DNA of 64,000 nt from Minisyncoccota bacterium. Its GTDB lineage: Bacteria; Patescibacteriota; Minisyncoccia; Phycocordibacterales; Phycocordibacteraceae. Positions 60,288 to 64,000 of the stretch are shown one piece after another. A model generated the notes under the pieces. It worked only from the letters and a program-made list of their open reading frames with translations. It did not search any database and had not been told where the DNA came from. A program made the translations under genes and the position numbers. The stretch covers positions 1,726 through 65,725 of the forward strand of contig JALHQL010000004.1 in assembly GCA_022841985.1 (NCBI GenBank). The letters run 5' to 3'. The stretch's first letter is position 1; every line of letters starts with the position of its first letter.

Positions 60288-60611
60288 TTAAGGAATGAAA
60301 ATAGAACGAGTTTCGGTTGCTATTCGACCGAACCGATCGGTGGCTTTGAAGGTAAGGATAGATCCTCCGCGAGGGAATGTGAGAGTGGTCGAAAAGTCAC
60401 CGTTCTTTTCGCGGAGGATTGATGTACCATTGAGCGAGAGTTCTATAGCGCGGACGGCTTTTCCCGTTATAGTTACAATACCGCCCGCTACGGATTCGTT
60501 ATGCATAGGAGATTCAATCGAAAGAATTGGGCCGGCAATGAGCGGCCACGCCTCTCTAGTGCCATAGCCGGCGAGAATAAGAAAGACAGCGAGGGTGAAA
60601 TATTTGATCAT
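60288..60611 (-). CDS. Small membrane-anchored Ig-like protein
   Basis: TM, then GP.L.I.SP...LNG...A.DRFGR. Confidence 0.65.
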   Translation of the reverse strand: MIKYFTLAVFLILAGYGTREAWPLIAGPILSIESPMHNESVAGGIVTITGKAVRAIELSLNGTSILREKNGDFSTTLTFPRGGSILTFKATDRFGRIATETRSIFIP

Positions 60612-62860
60612 AAGTATTTATTTGAAGACCGACTTTCATTTTCATCGTCAAGAACCTCATCAGAAGCAGATGCGATTCCTTGCCGTCCGACAGGCAGGGC
60701 GGTGAGTACTTCGCGCGGCTTTGATCCGTCTGCTGCACCAATTACTCCCTTCGCTTCAAGTACATCCATCAATCGCGCCGCTCGGGAGTATCCGATTTTT
60801 AATTTGCGCTGCAGGTAAGAGGTCGAGGCACGACCAACTTCTTCCACCGCAGTTCGCGCATCTTCGTACAAGTCGTCGTCGATCTCATCGTCATTAAAAC
60901 TGTCGTTTGCAAGTCCGATAACATCGTTTGATTCTGTCGTTCCGTTAGTGCCGCTGCCTCCGAAGTCGATGCTAGAGAGGTCTCCAGCATTATGACTCTT
61001 GATATAGCTCACTACTTTTTTTACCTCACTCTCGCTTATAAAGGCTGTTTGTATACGCACGGGTTTTTGCATATCGCTCGAGAGATAGAGCATATCGCCC
61101 GCACCAAGAAGCGACTCCGCACCCGCACCATCGATAATGGTGCGAGAGTCTATTTGGGAAGCGACTTGCAGCGCCATGCGTGTCGGCACGTTTGCTTTGA
61201 TGAGGCCGGTAATGACATTAACTGATGGTCGTTGAGTGGAGAGGACTAAGTGAATTCCGACGGCACGCGACATCTGCGCGAGTCGAACGATAGAGGCTTC
61301 AAGTTCTCGTGGATAGCTGTGCATGATATCCGCAAGCTCGTCGATGACGATGACGATATAGGGAAGTGCCTCAGGCATTTCTTCAGCACCTTTTTTCTTT
61401 GCTGGCTCGAAGATGGTTGTGTGATAGGAGTTGATATCGCGCACATGTTCCGCTTCGAGGATATTATAACGTCGCTCCATCTCCTTTGCTGCCCATTTGA
61501 GAGAGAAGATCGCTTTTTTCGGATCGGTAATCACGGGCGTGAGGAGGTGGGGGATGCCGTTGTACGCAGTGAGTTCGACGCGCTTCGGGTCAATCATGAT
61601 AAAGCGTAGTTGATTTGGGCCGTTCCGGTATAGAAGCGAAGTAATAATCGCATGTATGGCCACTGACTTACCGGAACCTGTTGCGCCGGCGACAAGGCCG
61701 TGCGGCATCTTCGCGATATTCACGTAGTGCGGAGTGCCGGTGATATCTCGACCGAGTGCGGCGAGAAGCGGCTTACTGCTGTCGCTCCATTCCGGTGCGC
61801 CGAGGAGTCCACCGAGACCGACCATTGCCTTAACCGTGTTCGGCACCTCAATACCGACGAGCGACTTTCCCGGGATAGGTGCCTCGATGCGTACTGGGTG
61901 CGCAGCGAGTGCGAGTTCAAGATTGTTTGCAAGCGAGACTATCTTTGAGAGGCGCACTCCTTCGGCGGGTTTCACCGCATAGCGCGTGACCGTAGGACCC
62001 ACCGAAACCTCGTCCATTTCAAGATTGATACCGAAGTTTTGAAAGGTGCGTTTGATGATGTTTGCATTTGCTTTGATATCTCCTACGCCAGGCTTGCCAC
62101 GATCTGCGCCGAGAATTGAGAGCGGCGGTGCCTCATACTCCGCATCAAAATTCGCTATGCCTGTCCCTTGCTTACCTTCGCCACGATTAAAGATGGTAAC
62201 TACCGGCTCATGCTCAGGGCGTATGGGGGTTTCAGTCTCTGTTTCAGATTCTTCCGGTCGATACGTTTCTTCATCTTCGGGTACGCCAACCACAGCAAGC
62301 TCTTCTTCAAAAGGCTCCTCCTCATCTTTTTTTCTGTACGAACGTACTCTTTCCCAGAGCGAGAGCACGTTCTGACCAAGGAATGCCCCGAGTGCTTCGA
62401 TATCGCTCACGATAGCAATGCCGATAGAGATGATTGCGACTAGCAGCACCGCTGCACCCCAGAAACCGAAAAATCCGGTAAGCATTTCTCCTTGCCATGT
62501 TCCGGCAATCCCGCCGATGTCTGTGCCGGGGAAGAGTCCTGCAAAAGCGAGAACGGAAGCGCTGATGATAAGAATGCCGGAAGTAGTCAAAGGTTCAAGT
62601 GTTGGCCGTCCGAAGCCCGCATACAGTCCTGTCAAAATTAAAGCGATTGGAAGAAGAAATGCGCCTATACCGACGATCGCATAGCTCGTGGTAAAAATTG
62701 CTGTGCCGACCGGTCCCGCTGCGTCAAATATTGCAAGCACGAGGAGGATCCCTACAGCAAGGAGGACGATGGCCGAAGCGTAGCGGATAAGCATGTCGTA
62801 TTCTTTGACATTTTCTTCACGCGCACGTCCGCGTTTTCCGTTGCTGTTTCTGCGACTCAT
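60608..62860 (-). CDS. ftsK: DNA translocase FtsK
   Basis: N-terminal TMs, AGATGSGKS, IDPKRVEL, IDELAD, TQRPS, gamma domain GYSRAARL. Confidence 0.97.
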   Translation of the reverse strand: MSRRNSNGKRGRAREENVKEYDMLIRYASAIVLLAVGILLVLAIFDAAGPVGTAIFTTSYAIVGIGAFLLPIALILTGLYAGFGRPTLEPLTTSGILIISASVLAFAGLFPGTDIGGIAGTWQGEMLTGFFGFWGAAVLLVAIISIGIAIVSDIEALGAFLGQNVLSLWERVRSYRKKDEEEPFEEELAVVGVPEDEETYRPEESETETETPIRPEHEPVVTIFNRGEGKQGTGIANFDAEYEAPPLSILGADRGKPGVGDIKANANIIKRTFQNFGINLEMDEVSVGPTVTRYAVKPAEGVRLSKIVSLANNLELALAAHPVRIEAPIPGKSLVGIEVPNTVKAMVGLGGLLGAPEWSDSSKPLLAALGRDITGTPHYVNIAKMPHGLVAGATGSGKSVAIHAIITSLLYRNGPNQLRFIMIDPKRVELTAYNGIPHLLTPVITDPKKAIFSLKWAAKEMERRYNILEAEHVRDINSYHTTIFEPAKKKGAEEMPEALPYIVIVIDELADIMHSYPRELEASIVRLAQMSRAVGIHLVLSTQRPSVNVITGLIKANVPTRMALQVASQIDSRTIIDGAGAESLLGAGDMLYLSSDMQKPVRIQTAFISESEVKKVVSYIKSHNAGDLSSIDFGGSGTNGTTESNDVIGLANDSFNDDEIDDDLYEDARTAVEEVGRASTSYLQRKLKIGYSRAARLMDVLEAKGVIGAADGSKPREVLTALPVGRQGIASASDEVLDDENESRSSNKYL

Positions 62861-63107
62861 ATATATGAGCATTATAGCACTCACGACATGTTGGTAGGGT
62901 AAAACAGTCCGTCTCGCCGTCCCCACTGCAAGCGGACGGGGTATTGGCGGACGGACGCCATGGTGTTTTGTTGGATAAGGATGCAGGCTCCGCTTCACAT
63001 ATTTGATTTCAGCTATTCATCCTCGCCACAAAGCAGGCGAGGCACCCTGGTCAAGACCAGCAAAGACTAGAGCAAGGAACTTGCGCGCCGTTTTCACGGA
63101 CGTATAC

Positions 63108-63790
63108 TGTCCGATACGGTATGAGACACGGACTATCAGATATAGGACACAATGCCGAAATCCGGAAAAACCAGATTAAAGGTAAAGACGCGTTATCGGA
63201 GGATTTTGTCTTAGAAAAAAGCATATTTACTAACATTTTTGAAAAGGACATACGAAGGGTATTTATATATAAAAAGACCGAGCGGCTCGCAAAAGCAATT
63301 CACCTCATCACCCCGGCTTTTGCCGGTTCGGTGTCCTTAAGAAATCGTATCGACATGATAGCGGTCGGTCTTATTGATGCTGCGATACTCCCGCCCGCTG
63401 TTGCTCGCACAGCGCTTTCGCGCGAACTTCTGGCTCTGTCCTCAATACTTTCTCTGTCACGCACTGGAGGACTGCTTTCTTCCATGAATGCTGAGATCAT
63501 CGCGCATGAGGCGCATATTCTGCTTCAAGAAGTCGCCGCATATGAAGAGCCACGGCTTTTCCTTGATGAGGGTTTGACACTTGCTGATATTGCTAAGAGC
63601 ACCGCAAAAAAAGATTCTATACAGAGCTCTGCGCCAACCATAATGCCCAAGCGCAATACTCGTGTAGCCCCAAACGGAAGTAAAGGACATATAAAAGACA
63701 CTGAAAATGTAGAGGACATTCATATAAAGGACAGAAGTGAGGCTATATTGTCCGTTATAAAAAATAAGGGGAGTGCAAGCATAAAGGACA
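63108..63790. repeat. Cluster of TAWMGGACA-like 9-mers
   Basis: About 10 copies on both strands in and just upstream of the wHTH gene. Confidence 0.7.
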
Positions 63791-63912
63791 TTTCAACTCT
63801 TATTCGTAATGTCTCAGAGAAAACCATTCAACGCGAACTCATTTCTCTCATTGAGGCTGGAATAGTATTAAAGAAAGGCGAGCGTCGATGGAGTGTCTAC
63901 TCCATTGTCTGA
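63121..63912 (+). CDS. Protein with N-terminal helical bundle and C-terminal DeoR-like wHTH
   Basis: C-terminal SIKDIS...VSEKTIQRELISLIEAGIVLKKGERRWSVY. Confidence 0.8.
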   Translation: MRHGLSDIGHNAEIRKNQIKGKDALSEDFVLEKSIFTNIFEKDIRRVFIYKKTERLAKAIHLITPAFAGSVSLRNRIDMIAVGLIDAAILPPAVARTALSRELLALSSILSLSRTGGLLSSMNAEIIAHEAHILLQEVAAYEEPRLFLDEGLTLADIAKSTAKKDSIQSSAPTIMPKRNTRVAPNGSKGHIKDTENVEDIHIKDRSEAILSVIKNKGSASIKDISTLIRNVSEKTIQRELISLIEAGIVLKKGERRWSVYSIV

Positions 63913-64000
63913 GAGTTTTAAGGTAGGTTTGTTTTGACTTAAAATCGCGTTTTTGGTAAGGTGTGTCTGTGGTATCGACTGGGGCATAGATATTGTGACT

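Noticed and set aside
71-63912. Alternative genetic code (UGA read as Gly, as in Gracilibacteria)
   Set aside because: Conserved genes such as dnaA, polA, ruvA and argS are full length and end at TGA under code 11

Overview
A 64-kb chromosomal segment from a small-genome bacterium. Gene content and architecture strongly suggest Patescibacteria/CPR (Parcubacteria-like); this is inferred from the sequence, not database-confirmed. It spans the replication origin (yidC-rnpA-rpmH <> dnaA-oriC-dnaN). It carries a PrgI/VirB4/pilin (T4SS-like) cluster, ruvABC, polA, recA, recO, ftsK, a PilB/GspE ATPase, PBP1A, murE, a thyX-dcd-tmk-glyA dTTP cluster, four aminoacyl-tRNA synthetases, ribosomal protein genes and five tRNAs without encoded CCA. 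No CRISPR array, transposase, integrase or prophage was seen. The strongest unexplained signals are: (1) about 10 copies of a TA(A/T)(A/C)GGACA-like 9-mer in and just upstream of a C-terminal wHTH gene, a possible self-binding centromere/iteron-like system; (2) a promoter-driven, G-U-rich structured ~240-nt ncRNA candidate between ruvB and pilB; (3) a free-standing HTH-LAGLIDADG gene starting 2 nt after tRNA-Lys; (4) a dispersed miniature repeat family with fixed ends and variable hairpins; (5) pervasive leaderless-type promoters on core genes; (6) an IleRS with a GIHH motif and an inserted histidine phosphatase domain; (7) an unannotated 36-aa hyperacidic ORF; (8) a cupredoxin plus ferric reductase-FNR islet and a fatty acid desaturase next to tRNAs.
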